Below, piece after piece: positions 53,012-63,523 of a stretch of DNA of 64,000 nt. A model generated the notes under the pieces. It was not told the origin of the DNA. It ran no database searches and saw only the letters and a program-made list of their open reading frames with translations. A program made the position numbers and the translations under genes. Location: contig CAWDFP010000006.1 in the NCBI GenBank assembly GCA_963801605.1, forward strand, positions 864,001-928,000, written 5' to 3'. How positions within the stretch are numbered: the stretch's first letter is position 1; the number at the start of each line of letters is the position of its first letter. The stretch comes from an uncultured candidate division Zixibacteria bacterium. GTDB lineage: Bacteria > Zixibacteria > MSB-5A5 > UBA10806.

Positions 53012-53749
53012 TTGAAAGAAGTTATTACCACCCAGGATCTGGTTAAAACCTATACTCTAGGGGATTACGAGATTAATGCCTTGCGGGGAGTAAATCTCTC
53101 CATTAACAGCGGTGAATTTGTTGCCATTATGGGGCCATCAGGATCCGGCAAATCAACTTTGATGCATATTCTGGGTTGCCTCGATCGGCCAACATCGGGC
53201 AGGTACTTTCTCGATGGCGAAGATATGTCATCGCTGGATCGCAACAGCCTGGCCAGAATCAGAAATCAGAAAATCGGATTTGTATTCCAATCGTTCAACC
53301 TGCTGTCGCGAACCTCCGCATTGGAAAACGTAGAACTTCCCCTGCTTTACGATGGCAGCTCCGCCAAGGAAAACATAGAAAAGGCCAAACGTGCTTTAGG
53401 CAAAGTCGGGCTGGAGGGCAGAGAATATTCTTATCCCAATCAGCTTTCGGGAGGCCAGCAGCAACGAGTAGCGGTTGCCAGGGCGCTTATAAACGATCCC
53501 TCGATCATTTTGGCCGATGAGCCAACCGGAAACCTCGATACCAGAACATCAGTTGAGGTCATGGATATTTTTCAGACGCTCAATGAGCATGGAATTACAA
53601 TTGTGTTGATTACCCATGAGACGGATATCGCAGCTTATACCAAACGAAATATAACGTTTAGAGATGGTTTGATTATAAAAGATGAAGTTGTGGCGTCGCC
53701 CAAGTTAGCCAGAGAGGAGTTGATAAACCTCCCGGCGGTGGGGACATAA
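53012..53749 (+). CDS. ABC transporter ATP-binding protein (MacB/LolD-like)
   Basis: [28 protein letters not shown] start after GGAGG. Confidence 0.92.
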   Translation: MKEVITTQDLVKTYTLGDYEINALRGVNLSINSGEFVAIMGPSGSGKSTLMHILGCLDRPTSGRYFLDGEDMSSLDRNSLARIRNQKIGFVFQSFNLLSRTSALENVELPLLYDGSSAKENIEKAKRALGKVGLEGREYSYPNQLSGGQQQRVAVARALINDPSIILADEPTGNLDTRTSVEVMDIFQTLNEHGITIVLITHETDIAAYTKRNITFRDGLIIKDEVVASPKLAREELINLPAVGT

Positions 53750-53795
53750 ACGAGAATTGACCAAACCTGACATCGGCGTGAACGGGGAATAAAAT

Positions 53796-54617
53796 ATGAA
53801 AAATTATCGGAGACCATATTACCTGTTGCTGCTATTGTTTTTAACAGGGATGGCTTGCCAGGAAACTAACCTGCGAAGCGATTGGAGAACGCCGGAGATA
53901 AGCAGTGATAATCCGGATACCGCCTGGGTGCGAACTTCGACATATTCCTGGAAAGACGAAAACATTTTGCTTGGGCTGCAAAATGATGCGGATAATCTGA
54001 TAATTCTCCTGAAAACCAGAGATCGAGCTACACAGGCTACTATCATTCGGGCAGGGCTGACAATCTGGTTTGATCCAACCGGAAAAAAAGACAAGGCTTT
54101 CGGGATCCATTACCCGATAGGAAGAACGGTTCGTCCTGAGACGCCGGAAAAGGGCAAGCGACCTGAGGGGAATCCGGATGAAATGATAAAACAACAAATT
54201 CAAATGCCTGATACAATGGAAATTATAAAACGAAATGAGCATATAAAATTGCCAATTAAGAATGATCTGGGCATCTCGATAATTACAAACAACGATTGGG
54301 GAACCATCACATATCTTTTTAGCGTGCCTCTGAAAGCGCGCGGTGATTCATCTTATGGGATAAATACCAATCCGGGCAGCATAATTAGTCTGGGATTCGA
54401 AACCGGTTCAATCGCTTTTAAAGGTGCTGATGAAGATAGTGACCGGCCCGGTGGTCCGGGCCAGGGGGGCGATTACGGCGGCAGAGGTGGCCAGGGCGAT
54501 TGGGGTGGTAGGCCCGGCGGAATGCCTCCTGGCGAGAGACCAGACAGGTCGCGTATGGAGCCGGTTGATTTCTGGACAAAAGTTACTCTGGCGACTCAGG
54601 GAACAAAGAAGGAATAA
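53796..54617 (+). CDS. Hypothetical lipoprotein with Gly/Pro-rich segments
   Basis: Lipobox GMAC; GLTIWFD..GIHYP; GGRGG-rich region. Confidence 0.65.
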   Translation: MKNYRRPYYLLLLLFLTGMACQETNLRSDWRTPEISSDNPDTAWVRTSTYSWKDENILLGLQNDADNLIILLKTRDRATQATIIRAGLTIWFDPTGKKDKAFGIHYPIGRTVRPETPEKGKRPEGNPDEMIKQQIQMPDTMEIIKRNEHIKLPIKNDLGISIITNNDWGTITYLFSVPLKARGDSSYGINTNPGSIISLGFETGSIAFKGADEDSDRPGGPGQGGDYGGRGGQGDWGGRPGGMPPGERPDRSRMEPVDFWTKVTLATQGTKKE

Positions 54618-54688
54618 GAAATAAGCGTCAGAGGCTGGCAAAGGATTCTAAAGTAATATAAAACAGTAGCTATCGTAGAGGAAAATTA

Positions 54689-55906
54689 ATGAGATATTTG
54701 CAAATATTAAGAGTAGCTTATCGAGCCCTGGGTAAAAACAAGATGCGCTCGGGGCTGACGATGCTGGGCATAATTATCGGGGTGGCAGCCGTAATTGCCA
54801 TGGTGGGAATAGGCCAGGGCGCCAAGCAGATGGTCAATGATCAGATCTCCTCTTTGGGAGAAAATCTGCTTAATATTTTTCCCGGAAGCCAGCAGTCGGG
54901 CGGCGTAAGGTTCGGCGCCGGAACGCAGCAAACTCTCACTGAAGACGATGCAATCGCCATTAAGGCTAATTGCCCCGCTGTCGAATGGGTATCGCCTGTC
55001 GTGCGTGCGGGAGCTCAGGTAGTGGCGGGAAATCAAAATTGGGCTACATCAGTTCAGGGATTCTCTCCGGATTTTCCCAATATACGTTCCTGGCCAATGG
55101 AATCGGGCTCCTTTTTCACAGATCAGGATATCAAGGGCGCTACCAAAGTCTGCGTACTGGGTAAAACAGTTGTGGATAATCTCTTCCCGGGGCAAGACCC
55201 GATTGGGCAGATCGTCAGAGTAAATAAGTTGCCATTCAGGGTAATTGGCGTACTCTCAGCAAAAGGCCAAAATACTTTTGGTCAGGATCAGGACGATATC
55301 GTTGTCGCGCCTTATACTACGGTTCTCAGAAAACTTTCAAGGCAGAATCATATAAATTATATCATAGCCTCAGCAGCCAGTAAGGACCAGATCGATGCGG
55401 CTACAAATCAGATATCCACACTATTACGTCAACGTCATAGAATCATGCCGGGCCAGGACGACGACTTTACTGTTCGGAGCCAGGTTGAAATCGCGACTGC
55501 CGTAAATTCAACTTCTACTGTCATGAGTATTCTACTTGGAGCAATTGCCTCAGTTTCGCTTCTGGTCGGTGGTATAGGAATTATGAACATTATGCTCGTT
55601 TCCGTAACCGAAAGAACGCGCGAGATCGGAATAAGAATGGCTGTTGGCGCCAGAGGCCGCGACATTATGATTCAATTTTTGGCCGAATCGATCGTGCTAA
55701 GCGTGATTGGCGGTATCGCAGGCATAATGTTGGGGATTTTAAGCGCCAAATTAATATCAGCAATATTGCACTGGCCGATATTAACCTCGGTGCCGGCGAT
55801 AGCTTTAGCCTTCTTCTTTTCGGGGTTTGTGGGAGTATTTTTTGGATTTTATCCGGCAAAAAAGGCAGCTCTGCTGGATCCAATAGAAGCGCTCAGGTTT
55901 GAATAA
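54689..55906 (+). CDS. MacB/FtsX-family ABC permease
   Basis: RSGLTMLGIIIGV, GGIGIMNIMLVSVTERTREIGIR, DPIEALR. Confidence 0.92.
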   Translation: MRYLQILRVAYRALGKNKMRSGLTMLGIIIGVAAVIAMVGIGQGAKQMVNDQISSLGENLLNIFPGSQQSGGVRFGAGTQQTLTEDDAIAIKANCPAVEWVSPVVRAGAQVVAGNQNWATSVQGFSPDFPNIRSWPMESGSFFTDQDIKGATKVCVLGKTVVDNLFPGQDPIGQIVRVNKLPFRVIGVLSAKGQNTFGQDQDDIVVAPYTTVLRKLSRQNHINYIIASAASKDQIDAATNQISTLLRQRHRIMPGQDDDFTVRSQVEIATAVNSTSTVMSILLGAIASVSLLVGGIGIMNIMLVSVTERTREIGIRMAVGARGRDIMIQFLAESIVLSVIGGIAGIMLGILSAKLISAILHWPILTSVPAIALAFFFSGFVGVFFGFYPAKKAALLDPIEALRFE

Positions 55907-55973
55907 ATGAAATAAGTCGTTGAAACGACTATAGATAGTTTGCCACTCGTCACCTTCCGAAATATTTTATTCC

Positions 55974-56006
55974 GCCAGGTCTTAAGCTAAAGTGACCTGG
56001 CATTTT
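55974..56006 (+). terminator. Probable intrinsic terminator
   Basis: GCCAGGTC..GACCTGGC followed by ATTTT. Confidence 0.6.
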
Positions 56007-56125
56007 AATTTACTAATCAGACGGATCACCTATAATCTTTCTTAAATGGCTTGTATTTGGAATAAATACTCATTAATATTAAAGCGATAACAAAATCTTC
56101 TTGACCAGTTGCAGGGAAGGCTCAA

Positions 56126-57154
56126 ATGAAAAATAGAAATATAAAGCTGATGGCCGCTCTATGTTTTCTGTTTTTTTCAGCCTCGGCGCAGGCGCAAAAC
56201 GATACCCTAAAAATATTATTTATCGGCAACAGTCACACCTATACTAATAATCTTCCGCACATGTTTAAATTCTTGTCGGAATCCGGCGGCTATCCGGTTG
56301 CGGTCGATTCAAACACTCCGGGTGGATATACGCTGGAAGGACATTGCACCAACCAGACCACTCTGAATAAAATTAATCAGGGCGGATGGGATTTTGTCGT
56401 ATTACAGGAGCAGAGCGCTTACCCAACAATCGATTTTTATCGTTACGGAAGCATGTATCCCGCGGCCCGTCATTTGGATTCCCTGATTATTCGGAATAAC
56501 GAGCATACAGCGCTTTATATGACCTGGGGATGGCGCGGTGGCGGCCAACGAGATATCGACGGGCATTACAGCGTTCCCTTCGTAGATTATTTCCATATGC
56601 AGGATACCGTCACGGCAGCGTATGTAATGTTGAGAGATATATTATCATCGGTTTTATTACCGGCGGGGAACGCCTGGGCCCGAGCCATGCGAACGGATAC
56701 TACGCTTGACCTTTGGTCGCCCAATGATAACTACCATCCCAATCTTATGGGCTCTTATCTAGCGGCTTGCGTTTTTTATGCTGTATTTTTCCATCAAAGT
56801 CCAATCGGGTTATCCTATACGGCCGGCCTAACGAGGCCGCAAGCCGACTTTTTCCAACTGATGGCCGATCAAACGGTATCTTCCATTGGCGATAATGTTG
56901 TTTACGCCCCGGCGTCATTTGAGCTACTTCAGAACTATCCCAATCCATTTAATGCCAGGACTACTTTATATCTCAGTAAATCAGAAAATGTGAAGATTGG
57001 TATTTTTGATATTGCCGGCCGAATGATCAAAACTCTCTCCACCGAGAATGGCAGCGCGATATGGGATGCGTCTGATGTATCCTCCGGTTTATATTTTGCC
57101 AGAGTCCTGGATGGCCAGAACTCTAAAGCGATAAAAATGGTGCTTTTGAAGTAG
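56126..57154 (+). CDS. Secreted SGNH/GDSL-like hydrolase with C-terminal sorting domain
   Basis: FIGNSHT, VVLQEQS, DNYHP; QNYPNPFN..SSGLYFA..KMVLLK. Confidence 0.8.
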   Translation: MKNRNIKLMAALCFLFFSASAQAQNDTLKILFIGNSHTYTNNLPHMFKFLSESGGYPVAVDSNTPGGYTLEGHCTNQTTLNKINQGGWDFVVLQEQSAYPTIDFYRYGSMYPAARHLDSLIIRNNEHTALYMTWGWRGGGQRDIDGHYSVPFVDYFHMQDTVTAAYVMLRDILSSVLLPAGNAWARAMRTDTTLDLWSPNDNYHPNLMGSYLAACVFYAVFFHQSPIGLSYTAGLTRPQADFFQLMADQTVSSIGDNVVYAPASFELLQNYPNPFNARTTLYLSKSENVKIGIFDIAGRMIKTLSTENGSAIWDASDVSSGLYFARVLDGQNSKAIKMVLLK

Positions 57155-57188
57155 AATATTTAGCTTTAGTCCAAGTAATCTAATAAAT

Positions 57189-57217
57189 AAAAAGGCGACT
57201 TAATTGTAAGTCGCCTT
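57189..57217. terminator. Bidirectional intrinsic terminator
   Basis: AAGGCGACTTA-ATTG-TAAGTCGCCTT. Confidence 0.8.
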
Positions 57218-57246
57218 AATTTGTTTATCGCTTAAATTGAATCGGC

Positions 57247-58536
57247 CTATTTATCTTTCACCACAAAATCAGCGTCTTTATCAACCTGCTTTATCTTTCG
57301 CCAAAGGGCATAAGCCACGAATAGAACCAATAACAGCGAAACCCCAAGGCCAATCTGACGAACCTTGATATCCCCTAACGCGGCCAGGGCTGTTACCTGA
57401 ACACCTTCAGCAACCTTAATGCCGGCGCGCGTGATCTCGGCAACTTGATCCGGATCAAATGTGTGAACTACAGATTTAACCCGCGTTAAGTCGTCCTTGG
57501 CCGGTCCCAGATCGAATTTGGCCAATCCGGCTTCTACTCCTTTTTTCTCAGCATCCATCGATGTTGATTCCGCGAGCGAAACGGCCATTTTAAGGGAATC
57601 AATAGATTCTTTCATCGATTTAGCTGCTTCAAATCCCGGGGAATCAGGTTCATGACATTGAATGCAAAGAGCCCCCGCCGATGTCCCAAGCAGCGAATCA
57701 TTGGCAGCCAAAATTAAGTGATTGCCATGACAGCGTTCGCAATCGGGGTTTTCGAGAGTCTTAAATGGTTCAGCATGCGGAGAGCTATTGAAGTAATCGC
57801 GATTCGAGGCATGACAATCTCCGCAAGCTGCCGAAACCGAAGCCAGCGATGGAGGTGTGGCCCCGTGATTACCATGGCAGCCGTTGCAGGCAGGCGCCGA
57901 TTGGTCCCCTTTTTCAAGAACAAGGACGCCATGCACCGATTTTTTATATTGCTCAAGCTGATCCGTGGGGATCTGTTTGCCTTTATAATCATATCCGGAC
58001 ATGTAAGCCGGATCGGCGTGGCAGACACTGCAGGTGGCAGGCACATTTTGATGATAGACCTTACTTCGGGAATCTGAGGCGGGCAGGACGCCGTGTGCGC
58101 TGTGACAATCGCTGCAAACTGCAATTTTCTGATCTTTTTTCTCATAGAGAAGCTTGCCGTGCACCGACGTTTTATAAAGCACAAGTTGATCGGTTGGCAA
58201 CTTTGGATTGTACTTTTTCATGAATTCGATATCGGAGTGACAGCGCGCACAAAATTCGGGAATGGCAGCTTTATCAGGAGGCGACATAAAACCCTTAGCG
58301 GGGTCCATTGCCAGAGTGGGATCGTTTTCGGTAAAGCCCTTGGTAGGATCGCCGCCGTGACATTTTTCGCACCCGATACCATTAGCCTTATGAATATCCG
58401 ATGCCATGAATGCCGCGGCCGCTGTGGTGTCTGAAACTCTATCGCTCGAAAGGTGGCATTTTATACAACTTGATTTCTGGGCGTTTGCCTCGCCAACCAG
58501 CAGCATTAAAAATATTATCGGAATTAATTTTTTCAT
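57247..58536 (-). CDS. Nonaheme cytochrome c with C-terminal membrane anchor
   Basis: Signal peptide MKKLIP..ANA, 9 CxxCH motifs, helical stalk and C-terminal TM helix. Confidence 0.88.
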   Translation of the reverse strand: MKKLIPIIFLMLLVGEANAQKSSCIKCHLSSDRVSDTTAAAAFMASDIHKANGIGCEKCHGGDPTKGFTENDPTLAMDPAKGFMSPPDKAAIPEFCARCHSDIEFMKKYNPKLPTDQLVLYKTSVHGKLLYEKKDQKIAVCSDCHSAHGVLPASDSRSKVYHQNVPATCSVCHADPAYMSGYDYKGKQIPTDQLEQYKKSVHGVLVLEKGDQSAPACNGCHGNHGATPPSLASVSAACGDCHASNRDYFNSSPHAEPFKTLENPDCERCHGNHLILAANDSLLGTSAGALCIQCHEPDSPGFEAAKSMKESIDSLKMAVSLAESTSMDAEKKGVEAGLAKFDLGPAKDDLTRVKSVVHTFDPDQVAEITRAGIKVAEGVQVTALAALGDIKVRQIGLGVSLLLVLFVAYALWRKIKQVDKDADFVVKDK

Positions 58537-58537
58537 T

Positions 58538-59608
58538 TTATTCACCCGGCGCCAGGTAGCCAATTGCTGTTAATACAACCATATAGACTACAACGACCAC
58601 TCCAATTATCGTATATATCCTGTTCGGTATGCCCCTGTTGGATTTCTTATCGAAAAAGGGCAGAAGTACCCAGATAAACCCCGCAATGGCAAAGCCGAAC
58701 ACGCCGATTACTTTGGGCACATATTTCAACGTCTGATACATAAAAACAAAATACCACTCCGGCCTGATATGCGGCGGAGCGGGTTTGAGTATATCGGCTT
58801 TTTCTCCAACTTCCCAGGGAAATAGCGAGGCCAAAAGAACGATCAGGCCAAGCGCCAGAGTCCAGCCCAGCATATCCCTTAGAAGATAATTTGGCACGAA
58901 GGGGATCTCTTTTCGTTTGCTCAGGCCTTTGGCGATCTCCTGCTCAATTGAGATTGGAACGCTCATGCCCTGGCGTTGTACGAAAAGTAGATGTATGGCC
59001 AGCAGAGCTGTTGTCAATCCGGGCAGCACTGCCACATGGAATCCGAAGAATCTTGTGAGCGTAGCCCCGGTAACTTCCTGGCCGCCTCGTAAAAACTCCA
59101 AAAGCCAATTACCAATAAAGGGAACCATGGCAGCGAAACTTGTGCCCACATTGGTGGCCAGATATGCCAGTTGATTCCACGGCAAAAGATACCCTGAAAA
59201 TCCAAAGCCCATTGCCAGGAACAGGAGAAGCGCTCCCGTAATCCATGTCAGTTCGCGCGGTTTACGATAGGCCTTCATTAGAAAAACCGAGAACATGTGC
59301 ACGAAAGCGCAGCCTATGAACAGGTTAGCGCCGTAAGAATGAATCGAGCGAACCAGCCATCCAAAAGGCACCTCGGTCATAATATATTGAACCGATTCAT
59401 AAGCTGATTCGGCAGTTGGCTTATAATAGAGAAGAAGCAGTATGCCGGTTATCACCTGCACAATAAAAAGGTATAAAGTCATTCCTCCGAGATAATACCA
59501 GATCGAGTGACGATGATCTGGAACTGTTTTATGACGAAGAAAGCTCTCCAGACCTTCAAGGTCGACCCGGCCATCGAACCATTTGTATAATTTTCCGTGA
59601 TCTGCCAT
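58538..59608 (-). CDS. petB: Cytochrome b of a Rieske/cytochrome b complex (unsplit)
   Basis: TGILL, RSIHSYGA..VHM, GYLLPW, RFFGFH..IH, PEWY. Confidence 0.88.
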   Translation of the reverse strand: MADHGKLYKWFDGRVDLEGLESFLRHKTVPDHRHSIWYYLGGMTLYLFIVQVITGILLLLYYKPTAESAYESVQYIMTEVPFGWLVRSIHSYGANLFIGCAFVHMFSVFLMKAYRKPRELTWITGALLLFLAMGFGFSGYLLPWNQLAYLATNVGTSFAAMVPFIGNWLLEFLRGGQEVTGATLTRFFGFHVAVLPGLTTALLAIHLLFVQRQGMSVPISIEQEIAKGLSKRKEIPFVPNYLLRDMLGWTLALGLIVLLASLFPWEVGEKADILKPAPPHIRPEWYFVFMYQTLKYVPKVIGVFGFAIAGFIWVLLPFFDKKSNRGIPNRIYTIIGVVVVVYMVVLTAIGYLAPGE

Positions 59609-59611
59609 AAG

Positions 59612-60082
59612 TTATGCCTTTGCCAGGGAGACAAAAATCTCCTCGCCTTTTATGGCTACTGTATACTGAGTGAGAGGCGATGGTGGAGGTCCTGAGATTA
59701 CCATACCGTTCAAATCGTAATGGCCGTTATGGCAAGCGCACCAGATGTGCTTAAGATCGGATCGGTATTGCACCGTGCAGCCTAAATGAGTGCAAACCGC
59801 GGTAAATGAGATATAACTCAGGGCGCTTTTGGGATCGCCATCGGACTTAAGAATCAGGATCGCTGGTTTGTCTCCGAATTTGAATATTTTACCTTCGTTG
59901 GGCTTAAGCTCGCCCACTTTTGCCGCTGATACAGATGACGTTTCCTCTCCGGAAACTTGAGGAGGAATAATGTAGCGTACGATAGGGTATAATGTGGCCG
60001 CCCCCAGCGCCGCGATACCACCACCAAGAAGGTAGTTAATGGCACTGCGCCGAGATAGTTTTTGATCATCCATTCGCATCAC
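59612..60082 (-). CDS. Rieske [2Fe-2S] protein
   Basis: SRR Tat-like motif + TM helix, CTHLGC, CACHNG, GPPPSPL. Confidence 0.9.
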   Translation of the reverse strand: MMRMDDQKLSRRSAINYLLGGGIAALGAATLYPIVRYIIPPQVSGEETSSVSAAKVGELKPNEGKIFKFGDKPAILILKSDGDPKSALSYISFTAVCTHLGCTVQYRSDLKHIWCACHNGHYDLNGMVISGPPPSPLTQYTVAIKGEEIFVSLAKA

Positions 60083-60265
60083 CCGATTATGCTATTTTAC
60101 CTGGCAACACTATTCTCTTCGGGAGCAGGCCAGCCAGATTCTTAAGGCAACTCCCAATTAACGCTTATTTTATCAAATCTTATGACATTATGCAAATAAT
60201 AATTATAGTTGATAGGAGCCGATCGTAATTTAGGGATGAGCACGGTTTTGACTGGAATCATTATC

Positions 60266-60294
60266 GGAACTCGTTGAATTTTATAAGAGTTAAC
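60266..60294 (+). promoter_or_regulatory. ECF-type promoter GGAAC-N18-GTTAAC
   Basis: GGAAC TCGTTGAATTTTATAAGA GTTAAC, ~25 nt before the 60319 start. Confidence 0.65.
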
Positions 60295-60318
60295 CCCTGA
60301 AAGGCAACAGGAGTTGAT

Positions 60319-62259
60319 ATGAGAATACTCAAAATTGGGACACTAATTGCCATAAGCGTAATTTTAATAATGGTTTTAACAGCTATGAGAACTGAAAGTA
60401 AAATCAAGGCGCCGGAGTTTCCGTCGGGTTTGACCTGGCTCAATTCGCAGCCATTAACCCTAAGTGATCTTCGCGGCAAAGTGGTATTACTCGATTTCTG
60501 GACCTACTGCTGTATAAATTGTATGCATATTATCCCCGATCTCAAAAAGCTGGAGACCAAATATAAAGACGAATTGGTTATCGTCGGGGTGCATTCGGCT
60601 AAATTTAAAAATGAGCATGACACCAGAAACATTAAAGAGGCAATTCTGCGCTACGATATCGAACATCCGGTTATCAACGATAATGAGTTTCAGGTCTGGA
60701 ACGAGTATGGGGCACAGGCCTGGCCTACCTTATTTTTAATCGATCCTCAGGGATATATTATTGGTGGGTCATCCGGTGAAGGTGTCTATGATACTTTCGA
60801 TACGACTATCGCGGCGGTCGTAAAGGATTTTGATTCTAAAGGCTTAATTAATCGCAAACCAATCAAGCTCGATCTGGAGAAATCCTCGACGGCAAGTTCG
60901 ATTTTATCTTTTCCGGGAAAGATCGTATCCGACGAAAAAAGCGGAAGGCTCTTTTTTACCGATTCCGATCACAACAGGGTGATTATTTCATCTTTCGATG
61001 GTCAGATAAAAGATGTGATAGGTTCGGGTGAAATAGGCTTCAAAGACGGTGATTTCCAAACCGCGGAGTTCTACCGTCCGCAAGGCCTGTATTTCGATTC
61101 CATAAATAACATAATCTATGTGGCTGATACCGATAACCATGCCATAAGAAAAATCGATCTAATATCGCGAAAAGTTGAAACGCTGGCAGGTATCGGTAAA
61201 CAAGCCGGTTTCTTAAGCACGGGGGGAGTTGGAACTCAGGTGGCTTTAAATAGTCCCTGGGATTTGGTAATGCTTGATGACAAGCTTTATATCGCCATGG
61301 CGGGTGCGCACCAAATCTGGGTACTTGATCCTAAAACCCTGGTGGTTACCCCTTTTGCGGGATCCGGGCGTGAGGATATTATTGATGGTCCTCTCGAGTC
61401 GGCTGCGCTGGCTCAGCCAAGTGGTATCACTACCGACGGAATGAAACTCTATATAGCCGATAGCGAGGTCAGCGGCGTGCGCGAAATAGATTTGGGCGTA
61501 AATGGCAAAGTTAAAACGATTATCGGCAAGGGGCTATTTGAGTTTGGGGACGTTGATGGTAAATATCCGGGAGCACGACTGCAGCATCCAATAGGCATCG
61601 CCTATCACGATGGATTTCTCTATGTAGCTGATACCTACAATCACAAAATTAAAAAAGTCGATCCCGTCGCTCGTGAGGCAACTTCTCTGATTGGCCTGGG
61701 AGCTCCTGGAATGACTGACGGTCTGGCGGTAAAGGCGTCGCTCAATGAGCCCAATGGACTCACATTCGCTAATGGAAAGATGTACATAACTGACACCAAC
61801 AACCATTTGATACGGGTCTATGACATTTCATCCGGTGCCTTATCCACTTTGGAGTTCAAAGGGATTGGGATGCTTACTCAGGCTAAGGCATTCCGCGGCG
61901 AGGAGAAAGAGCTTCCCGCAATGAATATCGCGCCCGGAACTGACAAATTAAGCTTGGAGATAACACTTCCCAAAGGAACCGATTTTACAAAGGACGCTCC
62001 CTTCAGCATTGAGCCAAAATCAGATAATGCGAAGATTATAAGCTTTAAGGATGTTAATATATCTAAACCGGCCGGCAAGCTCGAGATTCCCATAACTGCA
62101 TCTACAGGGATGACGACAGTCACAATCGATCTCAGCATTTACTATTGTTCAGGGAATCAGGGGCAATGTTTTTTCAAGGACGCTCGTCTGAAAATTCCGG
62201 TGAATGTAACGGAAAAAGGCAATCAGGTTTTAGCGGCATCATATAAAATCGAACATTAA
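60319..62259 (+). CDS. Thioredoxin-like + NHL beta-propeller protein (NHLRC2/SOQ1-like)
   Basis: DFWTYCCINC, HSAKF, AWPT, multiple YVADT NHL repeats, C-terminal YYC..C. Confidence 0.88.
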   Translation: MRILKIGTLIAISVILIMVLTAMRTESKIKAPEFPSGLTWLNSQPLTLSDLRGKVVLLDFWTYCCINCMHIIPDLKKLETKYKDELVIVGVHSAKFKNEHDTRNIKEAILRYDIEHPVINDNEFQVWNEYGAQAWPTLFLIDPQGYIIGGSSGEGVYDTFDTTIAAVVKDFDSKGLINRKPIKLDLEKSSTASSILSFPGKIVSDEKSGRLFFTDSDHNRVIISSFDGQIKDVIGSGEIGFKDGDFQTAEFYRPQGLYFDSINNIIYVADTDNHAIRKIDLISRKVETLAGIGKQAGFLSTGGVGTQVALNSPWDLVMLDDKLYIAMAGAHQIWVLDPKTLVVTPFAGSGREDIIDGPLESAALAQPSGITTDGMKLYIADSEVSGVREIDLGVNGKVKTIIGKGLFEFGDVDGKYPGARLQHPIGIAYHDGFLYVADTYNHKIKKVDPVAREATSLIGLGAPGMTDGLAVKASLNEPNGLTFANGKMYITDTNNHLIRVYDISSGALSTLEFKGIGMLTQAKAFRGEEKELPAMNIAPGTDKLSLEITLPKGTDFTKDAPFSIEPKSDNAKIISFKDVNISKPAGKLEIPITASTGMTTVTIDLSIYYCSGNQGQCFFKDARLKIPVNVTEKGNQVLAASYKIEH

Positions 62260-62374
62260 GTTTATTTTACACTTACCAAAATTCGATATGGCATCAGGTC
62301 TATTAGTCTGACGCCGCCGTCAAAATGATTAGCCAATTGACTTATATCATTTATATGTCTAATTTGTGTTTGAT

Positions 62375-63333
62375 ATGGATCTAAAACAGGTAATTAAAGC
62401 TGAGGGTTATAGTCTCGGCCTGTCTGCAATCGGAGTGGCAAAAGCCGAATATAATCCAATCGGCCACAACAGATATTTACGCTGGCTTGATAGCGGTAAT
62501 CAGGCAGATATGAAATATTTGGAGCGGGGTGTCAGGCAAAGGTTCGATCCCAGAGTTACTCTTCCAACTGCCAAATCCGTCATCGTTTGCGCTTTGAATT
62601 ATTATCAGAAACTTGAATGATGATCCTCGAAGGCCATACTTTTCGGTTTATGGACGAGGCGAAAATTATCACGCAGTTATGATGGATAAATTGAAGGCTC
62701 TTTGTAAAAAAATCGAGGAGCATGCCGGACACTGGACTTTCAAAACTTATGCTGACTCTTCTCCGCTATCCGAAAAATCTATCGCAGTTAAAGCTGGGCT
62801 TGGTTTTATCGGACGAAACGGTCTTCTGATATTGTCATCCACTAATAATAATGGTTCAGCAATGGGAACCTTCTATTTCTTGGGTTCTATCATCACCAAT
62901 TTGGAGCTTGAACCGGATGTTGCTATAGAAAGAACATGCGCGCAATGCCGCCGGTGTATTCGAGGCTTGCCCTACCGCGGCAATCAACGGTGATGTCACT
63001 ATCGATGCCGATCGTTGCATCGCCTATCATACCATGCAAAATAAAGGCGAGATTCCCCGGGATATTGCTGCTAAAATGGGCCATATAGTATTCGGATGTG
63101 ATATATGCCAGGCCATTTGCCCTTTTAATCGAGATATTGAAGAAACTAGAGAACCGCGTTTTACTCCCGATCCGATATTACAATCCACCGATTTATTTGT
63201 TTTTCTGAATATGACGGAAATGGTATTCAATAGACATTTCGAAAATTCCAGCGTCGGGGAAAAAGGATATCAGCTTTTTAAGCGTAATATCGCCATCGTT
63301 GCCGAAAATATAGGAAAACAATTACCCCGCTAA
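62375..63333 (+). CDS. queG: Epoxyqueuosine reductase; two frameshifts (~62613, ~62959)
   Basis: YGRGENYH, DSSPLSEK, AGLGFIGRN, CAQCRRCIEACP (after repair), FGCDICQAICPFN. Confidence 0.85.
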
Positions 63334-63523
63334 TTTTAATCGTTAATAATCCCTAATAAATAGTAATAGTTTCTTATAAGCATGTCGGGAAAAACCACAT
63401 CAAAGAACTATAATCGGGTCTTTTCGGAGTTGTTAAGGATTTAGGGAATATTCTCACAACGCAATACACGGCAATGTCTTACGGAAGTATGGAGAGACTA
63501 TTTACGATTATTTTCAGAAGGCG

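Noticed and set aside
6557..63333. Calling the split genes pseudogenes or programmed frameshifts
   Set aside because: All are repaired by single-base deletions with motifs intact, and there is no shared slippery site; sequencing error is more parsimonious.
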